Numbered from the stretch's first letter, positions 46,579 to 55,423 are shown. The stretch is 64,000 nucleotides of DNA from Bacteroidales bacterium (GCA_049968755.1 JBMFQE010000012.1:12608-76607); one strand, 5' to 3'. Numbers and translations: made by a program. Notes: generated from the letters alone by a model not told the origin.

Positions 46579-47344
46579 TATATGTTTCTAAGGTTTGATA
46601 GGGTAACACAGGTTTACCCGATTGTTTGACAAAGTCCTCAATTTCTGGATGAATATCTTTACTTCCAAAAATTATTCCATCCGAATACTGAACGGCAAAT
46701 TTAGTCAGATTATTATAGGTTGGTTCGCGAAGCAAGGTGACGTCCTCGGGTTCAATTTCTTCAAAAAGCACTTTATCAGCCAGTTGTGGGTTGATGCTAC
46801 CCTCAAAACTATTGTTATAAATTGAAAAAATTACCTTAGAATGGGCAAAAAAGGGATCTTCGTGGTAGGCTTTTTTTATAAAAATGGGTACCACAGAACA
46901 AAACCATCCATGGCAATGCACAATATCGGGTGCCCAACGTAGTTTTTTAACAGTTTCTAATACACCTCTTGCAAAAAAGATAATGCGTTCGTCGGTATCG
47001 GGAAACAAATTTCCGTTTTCATCGGTTACCGTGGCCTTACGCTGGAAAAAGTCCTCGTTGTCGATGAAATAAATCTGCATGCGGGCCGACTGAATGGAAG
47101 CTACCTTGATTATGAGTGGATGGTCGGTATCGTTGATGATAAGATTCATCCCCGAAAGTCGAATAACCTCGTGAAGTTGGTTGCGACGTTCGTTGATACA
47201 GCCAAAACGAGGCATAAAAGTGCGTATTTCACGTCCCCGTTCCTGGATACCCTGGGGCAAATATCGACTAATAAGCGACATTTCACTTTCAGGAAGGTAA
47301 GGGGTTATCTCCTGTGAAATGTAAAGGACTTTTACCCTTTCCAT
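46532..47344 (-). CDS. glycogen/starch-synthase-like protein, N-terminal (GT5) half only
   Basis: 270 aa. KVLYISQEITPYLPE...PDIVHCHGWF resembles the Glyco_transf_5 domain. The K-x-G-G-L motif and the C-terminal GT-B half are both absent. Confidence 0.7.
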   Translation of the reverse strand: MERVKVLYISQEITPYLPESEMSLISRYLPQGIQERGREIRTFMPRFGCINERRNQLHEVIRLSGMNLIINDTDHPLIIKVASIQSARMQIYFIDNEDFFQRKATVTDENGNLFPDTDERIIFFARGVLETVKKLRWAPDIVHCHGWFCSVVPIFIKKAYHEDPFFAHSKVIFSIYNNSFEGSINPQLADKVLFEEIEPEDVTLLREPTYNNLTKFAVQYSDGIIFGSKDIHPEIEDFVKQSGKPVLPYQTLETYIDEYSKFYDQLLEKK

Positions 47345-47369
47345 TCGATAATTTTTTAAAAAATATATG

Positions 47370-47377
47370 CAAAGTTA
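47370..47377 (-). promoter_or_regulatory. -7 promoter box (TAACTTTG on the minus strand) for the short GT5 gene
   Basis: The plus strand reads CAAAGTTA, 26 nt upstream of the start at 47344. A second candidate, CAAAGATA, lies at 47390..47397. Confidence 0.4.
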
Positions 47378-47506
47378 TGAAAAATAATACAAAGATACAC
47401 TTAGAAAAAGTATTAAGCGATGGTGTAGAGCAATTCTTTACACAGGCAATACTTCGTCAATCAGGTTGAATTTTTATCTCGCTTACGTGTAATTCAAAAA
47501 ATTCAT

Positions 47507-47514
47507 TATGTTTG
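47507..47514 (+). promoter_or_regulatory. -7 promoter box (TATGTTTG) for the NrtR-like gene
   Basis: Exact TAnnTTTG match, 19 nt upstream of the ATG at 47533. Confidence 0.45.
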
Positions 47515-47532
47515 TAAAAAAACAATTGGCCT

Positions 47533-48297
47533 ATGGAATTTCAGGATTATGTATCGGTCGATTGTGTGATATTCGGCTACGATTTTGAGCGGCTCAAGGT
47601 TTTACTGCTCGAGCGGGTAATGCTCGACCAGTCAACGCATCAGGTAATTTTTACCGACAAGATACTGCCGGGAAGTCATGTACTCAATAATGAGAGTATT
47701 GAAGTAGCTGCGCGTCGCGTGCTGGTAGAATTTACAGGTATTGAGGATATCCCGTTGCATCAGTTTAAAACATTTGGCGACCTTGACCGGCTTAACCGGC
47801 AGGAACGGGATATTTTGTGGTTAAAAAATATTCATCAGGATCCCAACCAGCGTGTTCTGACGGTTGGGTTTTATTCACTGGTCGATGCTAACAAGTACAA
47901 GCTAAGCGTTACCAAGCAGCAGTCGCATCCCGAAATGTTCAAGCGCAATCCTGCCTGGTATGATGTGGAAGAAATTCCCACCGAGATGGCCTATGACCAC
48001 AAGCAAATCCTTTTTGAGGCATTGGCATACCTTAGGGAAGGAGTAAAATACAATCCGCTCGTATTTGAGCTATTGCCTGAGAAATTTACTTTAGGTCTGC
48101 TGCAAAAAATCTATGAAACTATTTTAAACACCAGCTTTGACAAGCGTAATTTCCGTCGCAAGCTGCTTAAAATGCCGTTTATTGTCCCGCTCGAGGAAAA
48201 ACAGCAGAAGGTGGCTCACAAGCCGGCACAACTTTATCGTTTCGACTGGAAAATGTACCAGCAGGTAAAACGCAATAACCACGATATCATGTTATAA
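47533..48297 (+). CDS. NrtR-like transcriptional regulator (degenerate Nudix domain plus winged helix)
   Basis: 254 aa. The Nudix-like box reads RRVLVEFTGI instead of RE-x2-EE-x-GU. The C-terminal FTLGLLQKIYETILNTSFDKRNFRRKLL is typical of the NrtR-family DNA-binding domain. Confidence 0.7.
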   Translation: MEFQDYVSVDCVIFGYDFERLKVLLLERVMLDQSTHQVIFTDKILPGSHVLNNESIEVAARRVLVEFTGIEDIPLHQFKTFGDLDRLNRQERDILWLKNIHQDPNQRVLTVGFYSLVDANKYKLSVTKQQSHPEMFKRNPAWYDVEEIPTEMAYDHKQILFEALAYLREGVKYNPLVFELLPEKFTLGLLQKIYETILNTSFDKRNFRRKLLKMPFIVPLEEKQQKVAHKPAQLYRFDWKMYQQVKRNNHDIML

Positions 48298-48316
48298 GCA
48301 AAATATACGGGGCAGG

Positions 48317-49327
48317 TCATTCCAACCTATCGAAACTCTTCCAGATATGCAGTTCTTTTTCCAGCATTTGTCGGGTGATGGGGACTACACCCACTTTTTC
48401 GCACACCAACCCACCGGCCAGATTGGCCAGCGAAGCAGCCTGATAAGGAGTCATGCCTGCAGCCATGCACAGGGCAGCTACACTGATCACCGTGTCGCCT
48501 GCGCCAGAAACATCGGCAATATCGCGCACATGGGCGGGAATAGCATGATACTGATTGATATCGATGAGCATAACACCTCGCTCCGAAAGGGTTAGCAACA
48601 AATACTGAATTTGTTGTTCGCTAAGAAAACGGACTGCAGCCCGAAAAATACCCTCCCGATCATCCTTGTCGAGTTCGATCTTTAGACCTTCACAAAACTC
48701 TTTAAAGTTTGGTTTAAAGAGGGTAACACCCCGATAAGCCATAAAATTTCGTCGTTTGGGATCCACCAGCACGGGTATACGTTTTTGCAGCCCATAGTCG
48801 GTTACCATGCTGATAATGGATGGGGTAAGTGCACCCTTATCGTAATCCTGGAAAATTATTGCATCGAAATTGTTTTGCTCACAAAGTCGTTGTACATGTT
48901 CAAGAAAATCCTGTTCAAAGCGACCGTTGACGGGGTGGCTAGTCTCCTCATCGATACGCAAAAGCTGCTGTTTACCACCAATGATTCGAGTTTTTACGGT
49001 GGTTGGCCGGTCGTGTGCGATAAATATACCTTCAGTCTTTAGTCCACTGTCCTGCATCAGCCTTCCGAACAGTTGCTGACCGCTGTCGTTGCCAATTAAT
49101 CCACAAAGTATTGGTTCTGCTCCCAACGACAGCAAATTCAAGGCTACATTGGCTGCACCGCCCAATCTTTGCTCGCGTTTAAGCACCGAAACAATGGGAA
49201 CAGGGGCTTCGGGCGAGATACGTTCTACCTTGCCCCACACATACGAGTCAATCATCACATCCCCAACAACCAGAATCTTTTTGCCACTTAAGGCAGTAAA
49301 AAAGCTGTCAATTACCGATGGTTCCAA
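48317..49327 (-). CDS. PfkB-family sugar kinase, RfaE domain I-like (D-glycero-beta-D-manno-heptose-7-phosphate kinase)
   Basis: 336 aa with ILVVGDVMIDSYVWGKVERISPEAPVPIV, LGGAANVA and the C-terminal DVSGAGDTV motif. There is no adenylyltransferase domain. Confidence 0.8.
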   Translation of the reverse strand: MEPSVIDSFFTALSGKKILVVGDVMIDSYVWGKVERISPEAPVPIVSVLKREQRLGGAANVALNLLSLGAEPILCGLIGNDSGQQLFGRLMQDSGLKTEGIFIAHDRPTTVKTRIIGGKQQLLRIDEETSHPVNGRFEQDFLEHVQRLCEQNNFDAIIFQDYDKGALTPSIISMVTDYGLQKRIPVLVDPKRRNFMAYRGVTLFKPNFKEFCEGLKIELDKDDREGIFRAAVRFLSEQQIQYLLLTLSERGVMLIDINQYHAIPAHVRDIADVSGAGDTVISVAALCMAAGMTPYQAASLANLAGGLVCEKVGVVPITRQMLEKELHIWKSFDRLE

Positions 49328-49361
49328 TGTTTTATTTTTTTATGGTTAATAGCGTATTCCC

Positions 49362-50126
49362 TTATTGGCTTACAAAAAGATAGGTGATAGTACCCTTTTG
49401 GGGGTCGGGTACATTATGGTTTAAGCTGAACACCGAACGCAAGGCAGCGTCCTCAGCCGCTTCAATAAGGCAGGGATCTGCATCGCTTTGGGTTTTATCT
49501 ACCTTTGCTTCGGTAACCCGACCACTATGGTCGACTAAAATATTTACCACAACCTTACCCAGCGAGGGGCATTTGTAAACGGGTACATATAAATCTACCG
49601 CATTGCGATGGGGTAAATTATAATAGATATTGGTAGGCCCCTTATAAACAGCCAGCTTGCCCTGGGGTTTAACAGTTTGTTCAATAGGGACAGCTGCACC
49701 CTCCTTCGTGGTGGAATAATTTAAATTCCTGGTTTTTTCGAGCTGTTCCTGGATGCCTTGTATTTGCTTTTGAGCTTGCTCAATTTCCTTTTGTGTTTCA
49801 CTCAAATCTTTTTCTCCGGCTGCAATTCGATCGTCGGAAAGGTTAACGCCAATGTTTTTACGCTGTTGGGCAGCCAGGTAGGCATCGAGACGCGCATTCA
49901 TCTCTTCCATCTGTCGCCGAAGCTGTTCTCTCTTTTGAATGGCTTCTTCCTGTTCCTGTCTGATGCTTTCGGGTGTTTCAACCTTTACCTGAATTTCCTG
50001 CGTGTAAAAAGCCGAAATCTTCGCAACATAAATGATTATGCCCACCAGCAAATGCAGGGCAAGCGTACCCAGAAAAGCGGTAAGTTTACTTATTTGGCGA
50101 ATATTTTGCTTGGTTGTCAACAGCAT
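49362..50126 (-). CDS. TonB-like energy-transducer family protein
   Basis: 254 aa with an N-terminal TM anchor, an E/Q/K-rich coiled linker and a C-terminal VVVNILVDHSGRVTEAKVD TonB_C-like fold signature. Confidence 0.6.
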   Translation of the reverse strand: MLLTTKQNIRQISKLTAFLGTLALHLLVGIIIYVAKISAFYTQEIQVKVETPESIRQEQEEAIQKREQLRRQMEEMNARLDAYLAAQQRKNIGVNLSDDRIAAGEKDLSETQKEIEQAQKQIQGIQEQLEKTRNLNYSTTKEGAAVPIEQTVKPQGKLAVYKGPTNIYYNLPHRNAVDLYVPVYKCPSLGKVVVNILVDHSGRVTEAKVDKTQSDADPCLIEAAEDAALRSVFSLNHNVPDPQKGTITYLFVSQ

Positions 50127-50163
50127 TTTTATGACCTGGGTCTTTTACAGTAAAAGTTACCTG

Positions 50164-50171
50164 CAAAGGTA
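50164..50171 (-). promoter_or_regulatory. -7 promoter box (TACCTTTG on the minus strand) for the TonB-like gene
   Basis: The plus strand reads CAAAGGTA, 38 nt upstream of the start at 50126. Confidence 0.45.
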
Positions 50172-50194
50172 GTAGTTTCAGCCGATATATTGGA

Positions 50195-51313
50195 TTATTT
50201 CTTATAGGTTTTGTTGAAGTAATTTTCGTAATAATTTAGCGCTGCAGCCAATACCCTATCGTAACCACGGTAAATTTCCTTCAGCCAATTTCGTACAAAA
50301 AGGTCAGGGGGTAAGCCCACTCCATCGGGATAACGCCCATCGGCATTGCGAAGCAGGCGGCCGGTAGTATCGTATAGCACCTGTGGACAGGTACGAAACT
50401 CCCACCCATTGGGAGCAATTCGTTGCACCACCGTCGAAAGCGCACCGGCAGTGGTATCACCAACAATGAGTGTACGAGGACGTGCCCGCATGGCCATAAC
50501 AAAATGCTCTGCCGAGCTGGCCGTGTGACGATTGACCAGCACAATCAGCGGCTTCTCCCCCATGTTTTTCCCCTGCGGCCTAATCTTATGAGTAATCAAT
50601 GGCGTAAAATCATTGTGGCGGGGACCATTGCGAATTTTCGACAGGATAAAAACCCGCTCCCTATCGGCAAAGCGATTGGCAAATGCTGTCAATACCTCCG
50701 ACGAGCCTCCGCCATTAAAGCGCAGATCGACAATCAAACCACCACAATCGGCAAAATTTGCATTTGCCCGGTCAATAAAATCCATTGGAAACCCAAGGCT
50801 ATTAAAATCAGGCACATACAGGTATCCAATTTTTTCAGGTACTGTTTTCAGGTTGATGAATCCATAAAAAAAACTGCCAGAATCAGAAAATTGCGACAAA
50901 TAACGGCTTTTAATCACGTCGAAAAGCAGGGATATTTCCGAGGCATTTTCGTAGTATTTGCTGTCGGGAAAAATGGTAGGTATGGGAACAGAAAAGAATC
51001 GCCGGTATCCATTGGCAATCAACTGTACGTGTCCATCGTTAAGTTCTCCGAGCAAATCGCATAAAACCGCATAAAGCAAATCATTGTCAGCATCAGGATG
51101 CAGCTGCGAACGGTAAACGACCCTACACGAATCCCAGTCGATGCCCTTGGCCTCAAAGGCGCCGTAGGTGTGGTCAAATTCGGTCCACACAGCATCGAAT
51201 ACATCGAGAGGATTATTGGCATAAGGCTCTTTAAGCCACTCATCGGTACATTGCCACAGGCTGAGGCTGAGCAGAAAAACAAGAATCCTTGCTGTAGGTA
51301 TCTTACCAGGCAT
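50195..51313 (-). CDS. S41-family (tail-specific-protease-like) peptidase lipoprotein
   Basis: 372 aa with a lipobox (LWQC). Has DLRFNGGGSS and VNRHTASSAEHF (Ser nucleophile region). Confidence 0.8.
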   Translation of the reverse strand: MPGKIPTARILVFLLSLSLWQCTDEWLKEPYANNPLDVFDAVWTEFDHTYGAFEAKGIDWDSCRVVYRSQLHPDADNDLLYAVLCDLLGELNDGHVQLIANGYRRFFSVPIPTIFPDSKYYENASEISLLFDVIKSRYLSQFSDSGSFFYGFINLKTVPEKIGYLYVPDFNSLGFPMDFIDRANANFADCGGLIVDLRFNGGGSSEVLTAFANRFADRERVFILSKIRNGPRHNDFTPLITHKIRPQGKNMGEKPLIVLVNRHTASSAEHFVMAMRARPRTLIVGDTTAGALSTVVQRIAPNGWEFRTCPQVLYDTTGRLLRNADGRYPDGVGLPPDLFVRNWLKEIYRGYDRVLAAALNYYENYFNKTYKK

Positions 51314-52157
51314 ATTGTAACCCCAATTGATAGCTTAACAATAGAGATTTAAGCAACCTCGGCATATCCAATCGACGGTACATGACCCGGTAACCTGCCT
51401 GCAGGATAAAGCAGGGGCTGAATCGATAATTGATGCCCTGATGAACAGCAAAAGCCAGATGATTCCACGGACCATCCAATTGCGTATGACGCCTGAAATA
51501 GTTGTAGTAATAAGAAAAATTTTTCCCCTCGCCAGTATATCCATCGACCGATGAATAAGAATTTCGAACATCAAGCGAAACAATAAACAGGTGAAGATTC
51601 AACTCATAGGTAATATTTTTTGTTAGCGGGATTAGTCCGTAAAATGTGGCCCCCACCGATAGGGATAACAATTCAAGCATGGGCAGGTTGGGGCAGTTGA
51701 CCACGGTTAACTCTTCGATATACCCCATATACCAATTGTCCGAAAACAAATGCCAAGGAAGCTGATAATATCCGTCTATATTTTGCTGTATCCAATAGGT
51801 TTGTTTTTTCAAAAAGGATGGTGTTGTTGGCCAAAGGTAGCTACCACGACTATTATCATAGCTCTCCAGGAGTACAGTCTCGCTCACCGGTAAATGAGCC
51901 GGATAGCGATCCAATGATGCATAACCGAGGGAAAAGGTATGAAATTTTGCTTGTCGATGAATGGTATAAGTTGCCATCCACGAGAAACTCCGCCCCGCAT
52001 AAAGGTATGGCGAATGTATTTCGTCGATAGAACCATAGTAGGTATAAGCTGGCATAAGGCTAAGCGAATGCATCCGAATATTGGTTTCCTGAGCACTGAT
52101 GGTCAAAAGCCCAGAAAAACAAGCTGCTAAAGCTATGCGAGGGAAGGCAGAAAACAT
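51303..52157 (-). CDS. hypothetical exported protein, possible outer-membrane beta-barrel
   Basis: 284 aa with a signal peptide (LLTISAQE). Y/F/W-rich alternating strands and a C-terminal LGLQYAW. Overlaps the S41 gene start by 11 nt. Confidence 0.5.
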   Translation of the reverse strand: MFSAFPRIALAACFSGLLTISAQETNIRMHSLSLMPAYTYYGSIDEIHSPYLYAGRSFSWMATYTIHRQAKFHTFSLGYASLDRYPAHLPVSETVLLESYDNSRGSYLWPTTPSFLKKQTYWIQQNIDGYYQLPWHLFSDNWYMGYIEELTVVNCPNLPMLELLSLSVGATFYGLIPLTKNITYELNLHLFIVSLDVRNSYSSVDGYTGEGKNFSYYYNYFRRHTQLDGPWNHLAFAVHQGINYRFSPCFILQAGYRVMYRRLDMPRLLKSLLLSYQLGLQYAW

Positions 52158-52221
52158 CGATCCGCTATTTTATTCCGATAAATATAGACATATTCCGCAG
52201 ATTTAACCTGCGACAGGTCAT

Positions 52222-52250
52222 AAAAAAAGCCGTGATACTACATCACGGCT
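52222..52250 (-). terminator. orphan intrinsic terminator (minus strand)
   Basis: The minus strand reads AGCCGTGAT-GTAGT-ATCACGGCT followed by T7 (the stem's last T plus the run). No annotated minus-strand gene ends upstream of it. Confidence 0.65.
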
Positions 52251-52256
52251 TACAAG

Positions 52257-52318
52257 TTAGTGCTTAGTTAATAATTAGTTTAGTTGGTAGTGTAGTGTAG
52301 TGATTAGTTGATTAGTAC
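52257..52318. repeat. degenerate short tandem motif tract (TTAGT / GTAGT units)
   Basis: TTAGTGCTTAGTTAATAATTAGTTTAGTTGGTAGTGTAGTGTAGTGATTAGTTGATTAGT contains about nine TAG triplets in 62 nt on the plus strand. Confidence 0.8.
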
Positions 52319-52518
52319 TTAATTTCGAGCCGAAAGGTAACAATTGTTTTTTAATTTCCAAAAAAATGTTAAATATTTTTCAACAAAAGCATTAAAATTG
52401 ATTTTCACAAGTTAAGGGAAAAGTCTATCCATCCAGTCAGTCGACCTGTTGTCAGGAAGAATGCTGTGTTAAATCTCAATACCGCAACAACGTAAAAGCG
52501 TATGCCCCATGAATTTAG

Positions 52519-52526
52519 TATATTTG
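52519..52526 (+). promoter_or_regulatory. -7 promoter box (TATATTTG) for the NMO/FabK-like gene
   Basis: Exact TAnnTTTG match, about 128 nt upstream of the ATG at 52654. Confidence 0.4.
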
Positions 52527-52653
52527 CAAATAATTATGTTCAAGGGGTGCGAGCTATGGGGAGTCATTCTTGTGAAGTTAGGCAAATGCACCAATCCTTA
52601 AGGTGCGGATCTGTTATTATATTTCAATGTGAAATAAAATATTGAATTTTAAG

Positions 52654-53601
52654 ATGCTAAAAGATAACCGTATAGTAGAGCTTTTTTCGATACGATACCC
52701 CATTGTTCAAGGGGGGATGGTCTGGTGTAGTGGTTGGGAACTGGCGTCGGCGGTAAGCAATGCAGGCGGTCTGGGTCTGATTGGATCGGGGTCTATGTCG
52801 CCCGAAATACTGCGTGAACATATACGCAAAGCTAGAAAGGCTACGGATAAACCCATTGGTGTAAATGTACCATTACTGTACAGCCATGCCGACGAAAATA
52901 TTCGGATAGTCATTGAAGAAAAGGTGCCCATCGTATTTACTTCGGCCGGTAACCCGACTAAATGGACAAAAACGCTACACGACCATGGTATCGTGGTGGT
53001 CCATGTAGTATCCAATCTGGCCTTTGCCAGAAAGTGCGAGGAGGCTGGAGTAGATGCGATAGTAGCCGAAGGCGTTGAAGCAGGTGGCCACAACGGACGG
53101 GAAGAAAATACTACCATGGTACTTATCCCTCTTTTGCGAAAATTTATTAAATTGCCCCTCATTGCAGCGGGTGGCATTGCCAGCGGACGTGCCATGCTTG
53201 CCGCTATGTGTCTGGGAGCAGAAGGGGTGCAAATCGGAAGTCGCTTTGCAGCCTCTATTGAATCGTCGGCGCATCCAAATTTTAAACAAAAAATATTGGA
53301 AACCACCGACGGTGGAACACGGCTGGCATTGCGAAAGCTATCGCCGGTGAGAATTATCCGGAATACTTATTCCAATATTCTCGAACAGGCCGAAAATGAA
53401 TGCCTGCCCCCTGAAAAACTACTGGAACTGCGCGGCAAGGGTAAAAGTAAACTGGGCATGTTCGAGGGAAATATTGAAGAAGGCGAACTTGAAATTGGGC
53501 AGGTGGCTGCCCTAATCGACCAGATTAAGCCGGTAAAGGAAATCATTAAAGAAATTGTTGAGGAATATAATTGCGCATTAAAAGAACTTAAAGAAATTTG
53601 A
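52654..53601 (+). CDS. nitronate monooxygenase-family NAD(P)H-dependent flavin oxidoreductase (FabK-like)
   Basis: YPIVQGGMVWCSGWELASAVSNAGGLGLIG, EGVEAGGH and IAAGGIASGR are NMO/FabK-type TIM-barrel motifs. The track start at 52642 is TTG; the first ATG is at 52654. Confidence 0.85.
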   Translation: MLKDNRIVELFSIRYPIVQGGMVWCSGWELASAVSNAGGLGLIGSGSMSPEILREHIRKARKATDKPIGVNVPLLYSHADENIRIVIEEKVPIVFTSAGNPTKWTKTLHDHGIVVVHVVSNLAFARKCEEAGVDAIVAEGVEAGGHNGREENTTMVLIPLLRKFIKLPLIAAGGIASGRAMLAAMCLGAEGVQIGSRFAASIESSAHPNFKQKILETTDGGTRLALRKLSPVRIIRNTYSNILEQAENECLPPEKLLELRGKGKSKLGMFEGNIEEGELEIGQVAALIDQIKPVKEIIKEIVEEYNCALKELKEI

Positions 53602-53757
53602 AATAAAATAAAGTGCTATGGGCACGGCTAAAAGTGCAATTTAGTCGTTAAAAAGAATATATAAAATTTAACCTGTTCACTATGTTTTTAACAGACTTGA
53701 ATCGAATTTTTGTCCATTTGTCTATAACTTTTCTTAACGACATTAAGTATATTAAAG

Positions 53758-53765
53758 TAAATTTG
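53758..53765 (+). promoter_or_regulatory. -7 promoter box (TAAATTTG)
   Basis: Exact TAnnTTTG match, 45 nt upstream of the ATG at 53810. Confidence 0.4.
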
Positions 53766-53809
53766 TATTTACATCATCAGGTATCAACAAACAGAAAATT
53801 ACATTGGGC

Positions 53810-55423
53810 ATGAAAGCAAAAAATTTAACCATTACAATGATTATAGGGCTATGGATGAACGCCACTGCCCAAACACCCTTGCAATCACCTACGATAATAT
53901 CCGTAAGCAACATCTCAGGTGATTTTGACAATAACGGCGGATATGAAATTTCGTGGATCAACAATGAGACGCCCGATAACAAGGTCGATTCATTTGTCAT
54001 ATATAAATATAAAAGCTGGAACACTCAGGACAATAAACCCCAGTACGAAGAAATTGCAAAAATTAAAAATACGGGAGGTACAAGTTTTTACCGCTACGTA
54101 CCCTCCGACGAGCTGAGCAAAGTAGTGTTTTTTGCGGTGGAGGCTATACCAGCCAACAAAAGCCTTTATAGCGCCAGTTCGTCAAATCTTACCCGAGTAC
54201 CCTGGAGTAATGCTCCCTCTAATCTGTTACTTACTGGAACCATCGACACCTGTAATAGCCTGTTTATTCTCCGGTGGAACCGCTTCAGGGGGTGGGATAA
54301 TATTTCAAAGTATTATTTTCGGATTGAGTACGTTGAAAACAATAGTGCCCCCAAAATATTGACTATCAGAGGAAGTGAATATCTGATCAACGATTCTACG
54401 CTGACCCTTCCTGCTGCGGAACTTACCAGCTTTAACTTCAATAATGGAAGTACCTACCGATTCAGGGTAACCGCCTTAAATTTTACAACCGGTTATAGCT
54501 GTGTTTCGAATGTTGTCTCTTATATCCCCAGCATTCCAAAGGTAACCTCATACATTAATGCCGATGGAGTTAAAGTAATATCTAACAATATATTGGAGGT
54601 TACATTTTCGGTGGAACCGGGTAACGAACTAAAAAATCTTGTAATTCAACGATCGCTATTCGATTCCCATGATTTTGATCCAATCGATACGGTTCAACTC
54701 CTGGGCGATATGGCAACCTTTCGGGATAGCCTGCCCGACCTGAACAAAACCCATTACTATTACAAGGCCACCCTGCTAAATAATTGCAATGCTTCAATTG
54801 GTTCTTTGGAATCAAATGTAGCAACTAACATTTTACTAAACCTTACCCCTCCTGATCCTCCATCCTCCACTGCTTTACTTTCGTGGGAGTTTTACCGGTA
54901 TTTCAGGGGCGATGTTAAGGAATACGTAATTTACCGTATCCGTAAAAGTGGTACCGAAGTTGTAGGTACAACCACCGATAACAGATTAGTAGACGACCTT
55001 GTCACCCTTTCAAACAAACAGGTAATGGAAGATATTTGTTATCAGGTAGAGGCTGTGGAAGAAAACAATCCGTATGGGGTAAATGGTCATTCGTGGTCCA
55101 ATACGGTTTGTTTAACTATTCAGGCCAACATTGAAATGCCAAAGTATTTATTGTTGGGCAGTGACTGTAAATCAAAAGCCGAGGTACCCTACATGTTTCC
55201 TGCAAGTGCTTTTACGCCAACCAAATTTTACATGGCGATTTTCGACCGTTGGGGGACCAAAGTTTTTGAAACCAACGATGTAACTGAAGGATGGGACGGC
55301 ACCTCACAGGGACGAGTGGTTCAGCAGGGAGGCTATATGTATTACATTCGATTTTCGGGAAGCGATAATATAACGAAAGAACAAAAGGGATCATTTGTGG
55401 TGATTTGTCCGGAGAAAAGATAG
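53810..55423 (+). CDS. surface protein with T9SS type B (gliding-motility-associated) C-terminal domain
   Basis: Has a signal peptide (MKAKNLTITMIIGLWMNATAQ) and Ig/Fn3-like repeats. The C-terminal FDRWGTKVFETNDVTEGWDGT...GGYMYYIRF...KGSFVVI matches the CHU_C/type B sorting domain. The track start at 53804 is TTG. Confidence 0.75.
   Translation: MKAKNLTITMIIGLWMNATAQTPLQSPTIISVSNISGDFDNNGGYEISWINNETPDNKVDSFVIYKYKSWNTQDNKPQYEEIAKIKNTGGTSFYRYVPSDELSKVVFFAVEAIPANKSLYSASSSNLTRVPWSNAPSNLLLTGTIDTCNSLFILRWNRFRGWDNISKYYFRIEYVENNSAPKILTIRGSEYLINDSTLTLPAAELTSFNFNNGSTYRFRVTALNFTTGYSCVSNVVSYIPSIPKVTSYINADGVKVISNNILEVTFSVEPGNELKNLVIQRSLFDSHDFDPIDTVQLLGDMATFRDSLPDLNKTHYYYKATLLNNCNASIGSLESNVATNILLNLTPPDPPSSTALLSWEFYRYFRGDVKEYVIYRIRKSGTEVVGTTTDNRLVDDLVTLSNKQVMEDICYQVEAVEENNPYGVNGHSWSNTVCLTIQANIEMPKYLLLGSDCKSKAEVPYMFPASAFTPTKFYMAIFDRWGTKVFETNDVTEGWDGTSQGRVVQQGGYMYYIRFSGSDNITKEQKGSFVVICPEKR

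Larger units (their letters stand above)
52222..52325 (-). ncRNA. candidate small RNA (ACUA-repeat body plus terminator)
   Basis: A near-consensus -7 box, TACCTTTC, lies on the minus strand at 52332..52339. It is followed by about 60 nt of C/A/U-rich ACTA/ACTAA repeats and then the terminator. There is no ATG-initiated ORF. Confidence 0.25.

Noticed and set aside
50423-51064. 213-aa plus-strand ORF antisense to the S41 peptidase gene
   Set aside because: It is fully embedded in a well-supported minus-strand CDS. The translation is basic and low-complexity with no motif, so it is treated as a shadow ORF.
52257-52318. Possibility that the TAGT-unit tract is a CRISPR array or minisatellite
   Set aside because: The units are 5-7 nt, degenerate and contiguous, with no spacers, and there are no cas genes. 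It is a short simple-sequence-like tract and is discussed instead as part of a candidate sRNA.
52707-53306. 199-aa minus-strand ORF antisense to the NMO/FabK-like gene (also 43687..44262 in glmS and 36058..36600 in pepP)
   Set aside because: For the same reason: the opposite-strand genes have strong family signatures, and the antisense translations are compositionally odd.
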